A DNA stretch of 50,980 nt, from assembly GCA_043809585.1 (NCBI GenBank), contig JBDROZ010000036.1, positions 1-50,980 of the forward strand, in the 5' to 3' direction. The notes under the pieces were generated by a model. That model did no database searches and was not told the origin of the DNA. It saw nothing but the letters and a program-made list of their open reading frames with translations. The position numbers were made by a program, and so were the translations under genes. Below, one piece after another: positions 24,301 through 32,909 of this stretch (its first letter is position 1; every line of letters starts with the position of its first letter). This stretch comes from Candidatus Eiseniibacteriota bacterium (GTDB lineage Bacteria; Orphanbacterota; Orphanbacteria; Orphanbacterales; Orphanbacteraceae).

Positions 24301-24722
24301 GGCTCGCCGAGGAATCGCGGCGATCCTCGGTGCCGGAAGAGGCGAACCGGCTCCTCCGGCGGGCGATCGAGATCTACCGGGGTCCCTTCCTCGCCGAATC
24401 CCCGTACGAGGAATTCGCCGCCGACGACCGGGAGCGCCTGCGGGATCTCTTCCTCCGCGGTCTCGAACGCCTCGTCTCCACGTTGTTCGAGGAAACCCGA
24501 TGGGAGGAAGCCGCGGCCTATGCGAGGAGGGGTCTCGCCGAAGACCCGTACGAGGAGGAGTTCCACTTCCACCTCGCGGCGGCCCACGAGCGGCTCGGCC
24601 ACAAGCAGGAAGCCCTCGCGGCGTATCACCGTTATGAGGAGATGATGATTCGGGAGCTCGACCTGCTCCCCTCGGAACGGATGAAGAAACTGGCCGACCG
24701 GATCGTTCGTCTGGGGGGATAG
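21369..24722 (+). CDS. MalT-like STAND ATPase transcriptional regulator with TPR region and C-terminal OmpR-wHTH/BTAD (SARP) domain
   Basis: AKLTTP...PRPRL, Walker A AGAGFGKTT, VIDDFH, TEGWAAGL, YRYHHLFREFL; then IYALGPLRV, LIETLWP, YRGPFL, DPYEE and ELDLLPS. Confidence 0.88.
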   Translation: MPRAVIPIIPAKLTTPPVPASCVPRPRLDRLREGWTGRRLVLVTAGAGFGKTTFLAEHARASARPVVWYTPDEMDAGVAAFGAHLCHGLGCGGRGREASVDGRDPDQLLARLARALREAESDVTLVIDDFHLVAGAPGIDRFVEWLARYFPPGGTLILSSREAPTISTMKLRSLGQVAEVGASDLRFTEEETAALFRRRFDGAEIDLELCRRVTARTEGWAAGLAIFFQVLDSPAPHRVEEALSSMSAAGSGWFSYFTEEVLRRLDDETREFLLGTSLLPRLEPALCDRVLGIDGSGKVLERLASRNLFTFRSEGGGNAYRYHHLFREFLRDRLERSWDGAAIGRRLKLAATALEENGAFAEAVVAWAEAGRNDQALRLVEKLGEDLLAAGRFEVIRRALERMPPGLLDEHPAALLVLGRATEIPGRGEEAEKIYRRALRRADAGPLRIELMALIAQNLQRRGEHRKCTTLCQKALGEPRPIPARTRGRLLNMLGISACELGRLDEAEAYLEEATLLLRRSGERDIPTFYLLPGNIHYRRGDFQRAKEAARRALLEFKKRKDRRRFCHSLGVLAHVTAEACEVREARALAGEVLRLAEALDYPLMQGYGHMALGRCLRVEGDLRGARECFEAAQGIGERVGETGLRTIPANRLADIALREGNRPRAARLAGLALEEAVAAGEIYEEVESCLLLGDLRARTRPAEGERWRARAEKIIRRVGMNFELHRLLLGRLDSGRLSDDEARAALEELLTGAAALGHDFLFLSLEQERSIPVLARAVREGVEPEYASRLLGAIGEPAVPSLTPLATHADEETRTRTIHLLTRIGGNEAWRVLARAAEGGSSDAREARAAMEEIGATPRSPLRIYALGPLRVEGGGRCLELGDWKSARALRLFQLLLVHRFRWVPRDQLIETLWPDGDPAKGTNNFRQTIHLLRRVLRSGGEDAKSSPYILVHNESCRLEAGEGARYDVAEFEETIRLAEESRRSSVPEEANRLLRRAIEIYRGPFLAESPYEEFAADDRERLRDLFLRGLERLVSTLFEETRWEEAAAYARRGLAEDPYEEEFHFHLAAAHERLGHKQEALAAYHRYEEMMIRELDLLPSERMKKLADRIVRLGG

Positions 24723-24785
24723 GCCGGGCGGAGTCGGTCCCCCGGTCACTCCGGAGTGCAGTGCCAGATCGGGTTGATGGTATGC

Positions 24786-26048
24786 CTACTCCGCGACTGC
24801 CTCGCCCGGCTCCAGAATATGGGGCGTGATCAGCGTGATCAGCTCGCTCTTCGACTTCGCGATCACCGTGCTCCCGAAGAGGTTTCCGAGAATCGGGATG
24901 CGGCGGAGTACCGGAATCCCTTTTCGGTTCTCCTCCTCCCTCTCCCGGATCAGCCCGCCGATCAGAAGCGTGTGCCCGTCCTTCACCAGGACTTCCGTGC
25001 TCACCTCGGTCGTCGTCTTCGAGGGGAGCCCCTCTTCGACGACGCCGTCCGAAAGCTCCGGATGGATCTTCATCAAGATGTAGCCGTCGTCCGTGATGAT
25101 CGGAGTGATTCTGAGCTGGGCCCCCGTGTCGAGGAACTGTACCGACTGGATCACCGTGTTCTCCACGGTGGTCACCACCGAGAACCCGAGCTGGCCGCCG
25201 ATGATGATCTCCGCCTGCCGCCCGTCGATGGCGAGAAGCCGCGGCGCGGCGAGAGAATTCAGCTCGTCCACGCCTTCCAGTCCTTGGAGGGCGGCCGTGA
25301 AGTCCCCTTCCCCCCAGGTCATGAAGAGCCCCTCGGTCCCCGAGTTGGCGGGGGCCGCGAAGCCCTCGACCACCATGTCCCCCTCCCCGGCGCCGTGGGA
25401 GAAGAAGAGGGACCAATCGATCCCGAATCGGGAGTCCTTCGACATCCGGGCCTCGATGATCCGCGCCTCGATGAGCACCTGCCTCGGCGCCCGGTCGAGC
25501 TCCCGGACCACCTGGTCGATCCGGGCGAGCACGTCCGGCCGGTCCTCGACGATGATCGTCCGGAGCGCCGCGTACGACGACGCCTGGCCGATCGGCGAGA
25601 GCATGTTCTGCACCACCGAACGCACGTCCTCCGGATAGGCGTAGTTGCACCGGTACGTGTAGACTTCCTTCAGGGAAAGGACCTGGACGTCCTGCTCCCC
25701 GGCGGGGCGGTGGATGTAGTAGATGTCCCCCTTCCGCACGACCTGGTAGCCGGCCATGGAGACCACGGCGTGGAGCGCGTCCTCGAAGGGCACGCCGTCG
25801 ATCTCGATCGAAACCCGGCCCGTCACCTCGCCGCCGCTCACGATGTTGACCTTCTGGCTGCGGGCGAACATGGCGAGGACTTCGCGGATGTCGATGTCCT
25901 GTGCCGAGAGCGTGATCGTTCCGGGTCCCTCACCGGACGCCGGCGGGTCGCCGCCGGAGGGGGCGGGCGCCGAGCCGATCAGCAGGGCGACCGCGATCAG
26001 GACGAGCCCTAAGCGGGCGCCGGACGCCCGTCGATGTCGAGTCCTCAT
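24786..26048 (-). CDS. Type II/III secretin (PilQ/GspD-like), short form
   Basis: IDIREVL..FA, QVLIEARIIE, APRLLAIDGRQA.I.IG, DTG..LRITP, VKDG.T..IGGL, GIPVL..IPILG.LF and ELI.LITP.I. Confidence 0.92.
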   Translation of the reverse strand: MRTRHRRASGARLGLVLIAVALLIGSAPAPSGGDPPASGEGPGTITLSAQDIDIREVLAMFARSQKVNIVSGGEVTGRVSIEIDGVPFEDALHAVVSMAGYQVVRKGDIYYIHRPAGEQDVQVLSLKEVYTYRCNYAYPEDVRSVVQNMLSPIGQASSYAALRTIIVEDRPDVLARIDQVVRELDRAPRQVLIEARIIEARMSKDSRFGIDWSLFFSHGAGEGDMVVEGFAAPANSGTEGLFMTWGEGDFTAALQGLEGVDELNSLAAPRLLAIDGRQAEIIIGGQLGFSVVTTVENTVIQSVQFLDTGAQLRITPIITDDGYILMKIHPELSDGVVEEGLPSKTTTEVSTEVLVKDGHTLLIGGLIREREEENRKGIPVLRRIPILGNLFGSTVIAKSKSELITLITPHILEPGEAVAE

Positions 26049-26584
26049 GACTTTCCTCCAGGACGAAGGGCGAGCAAGGATCCGTCCTTCTCGAGAATGA
26101 CCCCGTCCGCCACGATTCGAACAACCCGGTAACCGTTCACCTCGTCCCCTTCGCCGACGGCCCGGCCGCTCAGGACCGCCATCGGCGCGCCGGTTCCGAC
26201 GAACACGGCCGAGAGCTTGGGGGCCTCCGCCCGGGGCGCGGCCCGTGTCGGCGCGGGCGCCTTTTTCAAGGTCGGCAACTTCAGTTCTTTCGAAGGGGCG
26301 AAGAGGTCCCTTTCGAGCCGGCTCCGGCCGCTCGAAGCGAAGATCGTTTCAGCGGCGCCGGCCTCGCCGCCGAAGGACGGGGCCGCTCCCGACGAGTCCA
26401 TTTGGGAGAGGAGGGACAGGTACGCCTGCCGGGCGTCCGCCGCCGGGTTCTTCACGATCCGCCCCTCCCTGCCGGCCGGAACGAAGATCACCGCCAGCGC
26501 GGCGATCGCACCCGCCGCGGCGAGGAGGGCCGGCCGGTTTCCCAGCCTCCGCCAGATCGGTCCGTCGGGCGTTCCTGCGACCAT
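26045..26584 (-). CDS. Pilus/T2SS assembly protein (GspC/PilP/MshK-like)
   Basis: TM helix, RDLF, Pro-rich linker and LSAVF.G...MAVLSG..V.EGD.VNGY.V..I....V.L; lies between pilO and the secretin. Confidence 0.65.
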   Translation of the reverse strand: MVAGTPDGPIWRRLGNRPALLAAAGAIAALAVIFVPAGREGRIVKNPAADARQAYLSLLSQMDSSGAAPSFGGEAGAAETIFASSGRSRLERDLFAPSKELKLPTLKKAPAPTRAAPRAEAPKLSAVFVGTGAPMAVLSGRAVGEGDEVNGYRVVRIVADGVILEKDGSLLALRPGGKS

Positions 26585-26586
26585 CG

Positions 26587-27126
26587 TTACGCGCCGTCCT
26601 CCCGGGCGAAGAAGAGCGAGAGCGTCATCTCCGCCCGGCACTTGCCCTCCCGGTCCGATTCGATCTTCATCCGATCGATCCGGCAGAGACGGCTCCCGTG
26701 TTCCAATTCGATCAGCAAGTCGTAGACCGAGAGGAAAGGCCCCGTGACCCGCACCTCCACGGGCAGCTCCATGTAGAGCCGGTGCTCGACCGGCACCTTC
26801 GGAGTGAGCTTCTCGATTCGCGTTTCGGTCTCTCCGGCCGCCTTCCCCACGTATTCGAGAAAGCCGTCCAGGTTGACCGTTCGCGGAAGGAGCGCGCGGC
26901 TCTCGGCGATCTCCGTCTCCACGGAGCGAATCTCGCGATCCAGGCGGTCCACGCTTCCCTCGGCGTCGGCCAGGATCTCCACCGCGTCCCGGAACGCCCC
27001 GAGATCGCGCCGGGCCGCCATCAGGGGACGAACCGCCTGATGAAAGACGACGGCGGCGAAGACCGCGACGAGCAAGACCACCGTCACCCGTCCGACCGCG
27101 TCCACCCTTTCCGGATCGTGCCTCAC
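26587..27126 (-). CDS. pilO: Type 4a pilus biogenesis protein PilO-like
   Basis: N-terminal TM, coiled coil, LP, Y.ELPV.V.V.G.F...DLL..LE...RL; gene order M-N-O. Confidence 0.75.
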   Translation of the reverse strand: MRHDPERVDAVGRVTVVLLVAVFAAVVFHQAVRPLMAARRDLGAFRDAVEILADAEGSVDRLDREIRSVETEIAESRALLPRTVNLDGFLEYVGKAAGETETRIEKLTPKVPVEHRLYMELPVEVRVTGPFLSVYDLLIELEHGSRLCRIDRMKIESDREGKCRAEMTLSLFFAREDGA

Positions 27127-27145
27127 CCGATTCTCCCGGTGCGCC

Positions 27146-27751
27146 TCAAGGGCTCCCCGTCCCTGCCGTCAGCGTGCAGAAGATCTCGAACTCGACCCCC
27201 TCCGCCCGTTCACGGCCCGGCGTTTCGTCCACCGAAACCAAAGCCACTTCCTCGAAGCGGCCCGTGTCGAACATGCCCCGGATGATCCGCCCCACCTCGG
27301 GGTGGTCCGGCGCCGTCCCCCGGACCCGGAGGGTGGCGATGCACGGCGCCGATCCGAGACCCGTCCATCCCTTCGATCCCGCCTGGGCGCAGAGATCCAG
27401 GTCGAGCCGGGTCAGGAAACACTCTTCCGGGAGGCTCCCGCCGATCGCTTCGAGATGGGACCCCATGGTCGGCCCCCGCCGGATCGCCTGGATCGCCTGC
27501 CGGTGTTCGGAGAGCCGGTCCCGTTCGGCGATCAGGCTTTCCGCCTGCCGGAGCCGGTCCTGGAGGGTCGCGTATCGTCCGGACATCCGAACCAGCTCGG
27601 CGTTGCCCGACTCGGCCATGCGCACGAGACCGACGTAGAGCGCGGCCCCGGCGGCCGCCCCCAGGGCGAGCCGTCTCCCCCAGGCGCGAAGGCGGCGGCG
27701 CGCCTCGCGGCGCGTATGGGTTTCCTGGGGAATGAGGTCGATGGACGTCAC
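27146..27751 (-). CDS. pilN: PilN-domain protein
   Basis: GTG start overlapping the pilM stop; IDLIP motif (INLLP-like), TM, LP..C.L..L, L.VRG.A and F..V.L. Confidence 0.75.
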   Translation of the reverse strand: MTSIDLIPQETHTRREARRRLRAWGRRLALGAAAGAALYVGLVRMAESGNAELVRMSGRYATLQDRLRQAESLIAERDRLSEHRQAIQAIRRGPTMGSHLEAIGGSLPEECFLTRLDLDLCAQAGSKGWTGLGSAPCIATLRVRGTAPDHPEVGRIIRGMFDTGRFEEVALVSVDETPGRERAEGVEFEIFCTLTAGTGSP

Positions 27752-28842
27752 GGCCCCTCCCCCCGGGGCCAGAGCGCGGAACAGGCGGCCGTGGCGAAAG
27801 GCCCCGCGTCTTCGCCCTCCTCGAGGCCCGGAATGTCCAGGCCGTCCCGGGCGTCCAAGACCGGAAGTCCGAGCCGCCGCTCGAGGAGCGTGCGCAGGGG
27901 ATCGCAGTTCGCCAGGGGACCGATGAGCACCGCCGCGGCGGTGCCCGCGCTCCGGAAGAACGAATTGCAGTAGCCGAGGCAACCGCCCGCCTCGCGGGCC
28001 ATGCCTTGAAAATCGGGATCCAAGACCTGCTGCAGCGCGGCGGTCATGGGGTCCGGCGTATCGTCGTCCGGATCTTCGTCCCCCTCCGCCTCCACGGGCC
28101 CGCCGACGAGCAGGCGCCGGCACTGGGCCTCGTCCAGCTCCAGTTCCGACCGGAGTCGGGCGATCAGATCGCGGACGCCCCAAGAAAGAATTCGTTCGAG
28201 GAGGACGTGACCGTTCTGGACGACGGAAACCGATGTCGATTGCTCGGCGGTCGCGATCAGGATGTTGCGCGTTCCCGGTTCCGAGGCGACGACCCGGGGC
28301 GCGAGCACGCAGGCCGGCGTGAGCAGCCGGTCCACCTCGACGCCGATCGACTCGAGCCTCTCGAGCAGTCGGTTCACGAGAGCCCGGTCGGCGGCGAAAA
28401 CCAGGGCCGCCGTGGCCTTCTCGCCCTGACGATTCACCTCCTCCGGGAGCAACGCGTAGTCGAGCACCGATTCGGAAATCCGGTTCCCGAGATGTCTCCG
28501 GGCCTGCTCGACGACCGCCGCGACCGGATCGCCGGGCGCACCGGCGTCGACGTGCACCGGAAAGATGTCGACCCGGGGGGAAGTGAGGGCGCAGACCGCC
28601 CGCCCTTTCCGGATGCCGCTCCGCCGTGCCTCCTCTCGAAGACGTATCTCGGCCCTCTTCGAACCTCCCGAGGGATCAGGATCCATCGAAAGTTCCGAGA
28701 AGCTCCATGTGTCACCCGGTCCGCTCCGAACCGCCGATCGCAGCCAGCTTTCCCCTGCCTCGATCCCCCCGGTACCGGAGCCTCCCCGGGACCGCGGCCG
28801 GATCCTTTCGAGCAGTTCCGTTCCGGACGCCAACGCAGGCAT
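27748..28842 (-). CDS. pilM: PilM-like actin-fold pilus assembly protein
   Basis: GGIEAG...LR, LDY, TSV.VV.NG....ER....G, FATAACSAL; position upstream of pilN/pilO. Confidence 0.7.
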   Translation of the reverse strand: MPALASGTELLERIRPRSRGGSGTGGIEAGESWLRSAVRSGPGDTWSFSELSMDPDPSGGSKRAEIRLREEARRSGIRKGRAVCALTSPRVDIFPVHVDAGAPGDPVAAVVEQARRHLGNRISESVLDYALLPEEVNRQGEKATAALVFAADRALVNRLLERLESIGVEVDRLLTPACVLAPRVVASEPGTRNILIATAEQSTSVSVVQNGHVLLERILSWGVRDLIARLRSELELDEAQCRRLLVGGPVEAEGDEDPDDDTPDPMTAALQQVLDPDFQGMAREAGGCLGYCNSFFRSAGTAAAVLIGPLANCDPLRTLLERRLGLPVLDARDGLDIPGLEEGEDAGPFATAACSALWPRGEGP

Positions 28843-28894
28843 GGGTCTCCCCTGTTCCCGGGAACTCGAACCGAAGGTCCCCGCGCGCCCGTCC

Positions 28895-29413
28895 CTAGTT
28901 CGTGTCGTGCGCGCCGTCGTTGGCGATCAGCCGGCCGGTCTGGGTGTAGAACTTCCACCCCGCCGCGCCGCCGGAGGCGACCGCCGTGATGTCCGTCTCC
29001 ACGATGTCGCAGATCACCGTATTGTCGGCGTTGAACGGGTTGACCGGGACTCCCTTCTTCATATAGGGACCGTACTTGTAGGTCGCGTCTTTCGAGTTGC
29101 TCGTCACGCCCGTAATCGCGGTGTAGAGCGTCAGCTGGTTGACAAAGGCCGTGGCCGCCTCGGCCGCGCTCCCCACGGGGGTCCCGTCGGTGTCCTTCTT
29201 CTCGCCCGGGTAGGCCGCGCCGTGCTGGTGGTAGTACAGCTCGATCGAGTTCCGGAGTTCCGAGAGCGTCATGTCGAGGGCGGAGAGCCTCGCGTCTTCC
29301 GTGCTGCTGGTGAACTGGGGAATCGCGATGGCGGCAATCACCCCGAGAATGATGACCACGATGAGAAGTTCCACGAGAGTGAAACCCGAGTGGTTCTGCG
29401 CCTTTCCAATCAT
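28895..29413 (-). CDS. Type IV pilin / major pseudopilin
   Basis: Class III signal MIGKAQNHSG|FTLVELLIVVIILGVIAAIAIP; strong SD AGGAGGAG; GPY..KGVPVNPF. Confidence 0.92.
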   Translation of the reverse strand: MIGKAQNHSGFTLVELLIVVIILGVIAAIAIPQFTSSTEDARLSALDMTLSELRNSIELYYHQHGAAYPGEKKDTDGTPVGSAAEAATAFVNQLTLYTAITGVTSNSKDATYKYGPYMKKGVPVNPFNADNTVICDIVETDITAVASGGAAGWKFYTQTGRLIANDGAHDTN

Positions 29414-29487
29414 CGACTTGCTCCTCCTGTTTCCGGTCGCCCCAACCTCCCGGTTCCTGTTTCCGGTCGGAGGGTCCGCTCCGGGTG

Positions 29488-30663
29488 CTAGTGAACGGCC
29501 TTGGACATCTTCATGATGGGAAGGATGAACGAGATCGCGACGAACCCGACGACCACTCCCATCAGAATCAACATCACCTGTTCGAAGACCAGACTCAGCT
29601 TCTTGATCCCCCCTTCCAGGCTCTCCCGGTAATGATCCGCAAGGCGGGCCATCACCACGTCCAGCGCGCCCGACGTCTCCCCGGTGGAGATCATCAGCTT
29701 CACCGTGCTCGGAAGGAACGACGCCTCCCGGAACGCCACCGCGAAGCCGCGGCCCGCTTCCACGTTCCTCGCCAGCTTGTCGAAGAACGACTCGTAGTAA
29801 GCGTTCCGGACCACCTCCTTGGCGATGCCGATCGCCTCCATGTGGGGCACCCGGCTGCGAAGGAGCAATCCGAAACTCGAAAACAACTGAAACAGGTACG
29901 CCTCGCTCGTGATCGCCCCCACCACGGGCGTCCCGATCTTGATCCGGTCCCAAAGGAGTCGGACCGGCGGCGTCTTCCAGAGCATCCGAAACGCGAATCC
30001 GGCAACGACCAGGCCCAGGACGACCACGTACCACCGCGTTCGGAGGAAGTCGGCGGTGCCGAGGAGCATGCGCGTCGAGATCGGCAGTTCGTCTCCCATG
30101 GAATCGAATATGTCGGCGAATTTCGGAACCACGTAGGTCATGAGGAAGATCACCGTCGCGCCCATCACGCAGGTGAGCACCGCGGGATAGGTCATGGCGT
30201 CCTTCATGCGGCTCCGGAGACGGCGCCGGACGTCGAGGATCCCCCCCAGGCGGATCAGGCTCTCGTGAAAGGCGCCGCTCGCCTCGCCCGCCTTCACCAG
30301 GCTGACGTACAGGTTCCCGAACACCTTCGGGTGCTTCCGGAGAGACACGGACAGATCGTTCCCCTCCTCGAGGTTCCGGTGAATGCTCGCCAGCACCTTT
30401 CTCATCGCCGGCGATCCGGCCTGGGAAGAGAGGGCGTCGATCGACGGCACCAGACCGTTCCCGGTCTCGATGAGGAGCACGAGCTGCTGCGTGAACAGCA
30501 CGGTCTCGTCCAGACCGACCCGCCCCGACCCGAACAGCCGGATCTCTTTCCAGCCCCCCTTTCGGGGCGCTTCCTTCCTCTTCTCCATCGGCGTGAGCGC
30601 GCCGCGGTGATCCCGCGTCGCCGGAGCCTTTGGAGACTCGAGCTCGGCGATTTCGATGGCCAT
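29488..30663 (-). CDS. pilC: Type II secretion system F / PilC platform protein
   Basis: FTQQL..LI.TG, HPKVF..LYVSLVKAGEASG, AMTYP, VVPKF..IF and GETSGALD. Confidence 0.92.
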   Translation of the reverse strand: MAIEIAELESPKAPATRDHRGALTPMEKRKEAPRKGGWKEIRLFGSGRVGLDETVLFTQQLVLLIETGNGLVPSIDALSSQAGSPAMRKVLASIHRNLEEGNDLSVSLRKHPKVFGNLYVSLVKAGEASGAFHESLIRLGGILDVRRRLRSRMKDAMTYPAVLTCVMGATVIFLMTYVVPKFADIFDSMGDELPISTRMLLGTADFLRTRWYVVVLGLVVAGFAFRMLWKTPPVRLLWDRIKIGTPVVGAITSEAYLFQLFSSFGLLLRSRVPHMEAIGIAKEVVRNAYYESFFDKLARNVEAGRGFAVAFREASFLPSTVKLMISTGETSGALDVVMARLADHYRESLEGGIKKLSLVFEQVMLILMGVVVGFVAISFILPIMKMSKAVH

Positions 30664-30860
30664 ATCTCTCCCTCCTCCGGAATATCGGACCGAACCGGCG
30701 AAGCCTTGAGTAGCCGGAAGAGGCCTAGCACATCGGACCTCAGGCCTTATGTGTTCCGCGGGGATTCGAGACTATCTTCACGACCATGCGCGACAACTCA
30801 TGCATATTCATTGGGTTGCAAAATGGTCGCGAAGAGAGACGGGGGCGGCCCGGGGCGTGA

Positions 30861-32570
30861 TCAATCGACGAAGACCCGGCGATTGAGCTCTTCCAGCGTC
30901 GTCCGCCCCTCCAGAACGAGCCTGATGCCCTCGGAGCGGAGCGTGGGCAGCTCCTTCTTCGCCTGGTACCGGCGGATCTGATCGAGGGTCGGGTGGGCGA
31001 GGAGCAGATCCTGGAACTCCTCGCTGCTCGTCAGAAGCTCGTAGATCCCGACCCGGCCCCGGAACCCGGAGTCGTAACATTCCGTGCAGCCCCTGCCGCG
31101 GGTCAGGCGGAGGTTCTTGTTCTCCGGCGCACCGATGGCTCGGGCCTCCGACTCGGAGGCATAATAAGGCGTCTCGCAGGAAGGGCAGACGGTGCGGACC
31201 AGGCGCTGGCCGATCACGCCCACGAGGGAAGGCGCCAGAAGATACGGCTCGACTCCGATCTCGAGGAGCCGGCTGATCGAGCTGGCCGCGTCGTTCGTGT
31301 GCATCGTCGAGAGGACCAGATGGCCGGTCAGGGCGGCCTGCACCGCGATCTTCGCCGTCTCCGAGTCCCGGATCTCCCCCACCATGAGGACGTCGGGATC
31401 CTGCCGAAGCGTCGCCTTCAGGATGCGGGCGAAGGTGAGGCCGATCTCCTCCTTCACCTGGTTTTGGTTGATGATCTCGAACTGGTACTCCACCGGGTCT
31501 TCGATGGTGACGATGTTCTTCTCGATGCTGTTCAGCTCCTGGAGCCCGGCGTAGAGGGTCGTCGTCTTCCCGCTGCCGGTGGGGCCCGTGACGAGCACGA
31601 GCCCGTACGGGCGCTCCAGAAGCGAGCGAAAGGCGCAGAGCGTATCGGGGCAGAATCCGAGTTCGTTCATGCCGAGGACGCCCTTGTGCTTGTCGAGCAC
31701 CCGGAGAACGATCTTCTCCCCGTACACGCCGGGGAGCGTCGAAAGCCGGAGATCGACGGTTCGCCCCTGGGCGACCACCTGGATGCGCCCGTCCTGGGGG
31801 AGACGGCGCTCGGCGATGTCGAGGTTCGCCATCAGCTTCAGCCGTGAAATCACGGGAGCGTGAAGGTCCGAGCGCTGTCGCATCACCTCGTAGAGAACGC
31901 CGTCGATGCGGAACCGGGCGCGAAAGAACTTCTGCTCCGGCTCGATGTGGATGTCGCTCGCCTTATCCTTCATCGCCTTCAGGATGATCTGGTTCACGAG
32001 GTTGATGATCGGGCTCTCGCCCGCCATCTGGGCGATGTCCTCGACCTCCCGCCCCGAATCGATCGAGACGAGCTCGAGCTCGCCTTCGGCCATGTCGTCG
32101 GCGAAATCCTCCATCGATCCGCTCTCGACGTCGTAGGTCTCCTCGATCATCCGGATGATGTCTTCCCGCAGGCTCACCACCGGACGCACGTCGCATTCGG
32201 TGAGCTTCCGGATCACGTCGAGGACGAAGATCTTGTTCGGGTCGCCGACCGCGACGGTCAGACGATTGTGAATCCGGAAGAGGGGGAGGACCTCGTACAT
32301 GGCCGCCTTCTCCCGCGGCACGAGGCCGACCACGCGCGGATCGGCCAGTCCCTTCCGGAGACGGAAGAAAGGGAGCCCCGCCTGCTCGGCCAGGACCCGG
32401 GCGATGTCCTCCTCGCCCAGGACCCCCCACTCGATCAGGATCTCGCCGAGACGGCGGCCGCTCTCCCGGTTCGCGGTGAGGGCCTTCTCCTTCTGCTCCG
32501 GCGTGATGAGCCCCTTCCGGACCAGAATGTCCCCGAGGAGGGCTTTCTTCGCGACACCCGGCGGACTCAA
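30861..32570 (-). CDS. pilB: GspE/PilB assembly ATPase with N-terminal MshEN c-di-GMP-binding motifs
   Basis: LLGDILVRKGLIT...RRLGEILIEWGVL; LDIAERRLPQDG, GPTGSGKTTTLY, TIEDPVE, LRQDPD..MVGEIRD, TGHLVLSTMHTND; CPSC/CTEC zinc motif. Confidence 0.93.
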   Translation of the reverse strand: MSPPGVAKKALLGDILVRKGLITPEQKEKALTANRESGRRLGEILIEWGVLGEEDIARVLAEQAGLPFFRLRKGLADPRVVGLVPREKAAMYEVLPLFRIHNRLTVAVGDPNKIFVLDVIRKLTECDVRPVVSLREDIIRMIEETYDVESGSMEDFADDMAEGELELVSIDSGREVEDIAQMAGESPIINLVNQIILKAMKDKASDIHIEPEQKFFRARFRIDGVLYEVMRQRSDLHAPVISRLKLMANLDIAERRLPQDGRIQVVAQGRTVDLRLSTLPGVYGEKIVLRVLDKHKGVLGMNELGFCPDTLCAFRSLLERPYGLVLVTGPTGSGKTTTLYAGLQELNSIEKNIVTIEDPVEYQFEIINQNQVKEEIGLTFARILKATLRQDPDVLMVGEIRDSETAKIAVQAALTGHLVLSTMHTNDAASSISRLLEIGVEPYLLAPSLVGVIGQRLVRTVCPSCETPYYASESEARAIGAPENKNLRLTRGRGCTECYDSGFRGRVGIYELLTSSEEFQDLLLAHPTLDQIRRYQAKKELPTLRSEGIRLVLEGRTTLEELNRRVFVD

Positions 32571-32902
32571 AGGAAGCTCCTCCCCGCGCCGTCGAGGTCT
32601 TCATAGACCGGGATCACCTGATCGAGTTCGGTGATGGCGAGCGCTTCCCTGCAGAGGCTGTTCACGTTGGCGAGGCGGAGCGAGCCCCCGCCCTCCCGGA
32701 GGCGGTGGGCGAGGTCGAGGAGGAACTCGAGCCCCATGCTGTCGATGAGGGGCACGTTCTTGAGATCGAGCACGATGTTGGTCGGCCCGTCTCCCCCCGC
32801 GGCGCGGACGCTCTCGCCCAGCCCTTCCACGTTGTCGGCCGTCAGGGCCGAGTCCGGCGCGAGGTAAACCGCCACTCCGAGCTGGGTCGTTCTGACCTTC
32901 AT
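32567..32902 (-). CDS. STAS domain protein (anti-sigma factor antagonist-like)
   Basis: IVLDLKNVPLIDSMGLEFL...GGSLRLAN...LAITEL; its stop overlaps the PilB start. Confidence 0.88.
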   Translation of the reverse strand: MKVRTTQLGVAVYLAPDSALTADNVEGLGESVRAAGGDGPTNIVLDLKNVPLIDSMGLEFLLDLAHRLREGGGSLRLANVNSLCREALAITELDQVIPVYEDLDGAGRSFL

Positions 32903-32909
32903 GGGATCC

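Noticed and set aside
28895-29413. Electrically conductive e-pilin
   Set aside because: The mature pilin is long (~160 aa), lacks an aromatic at position 27 and has a 25-residue aromatic-free gap (F24 to Y50). It does not fit the Geobacter-type criteria.
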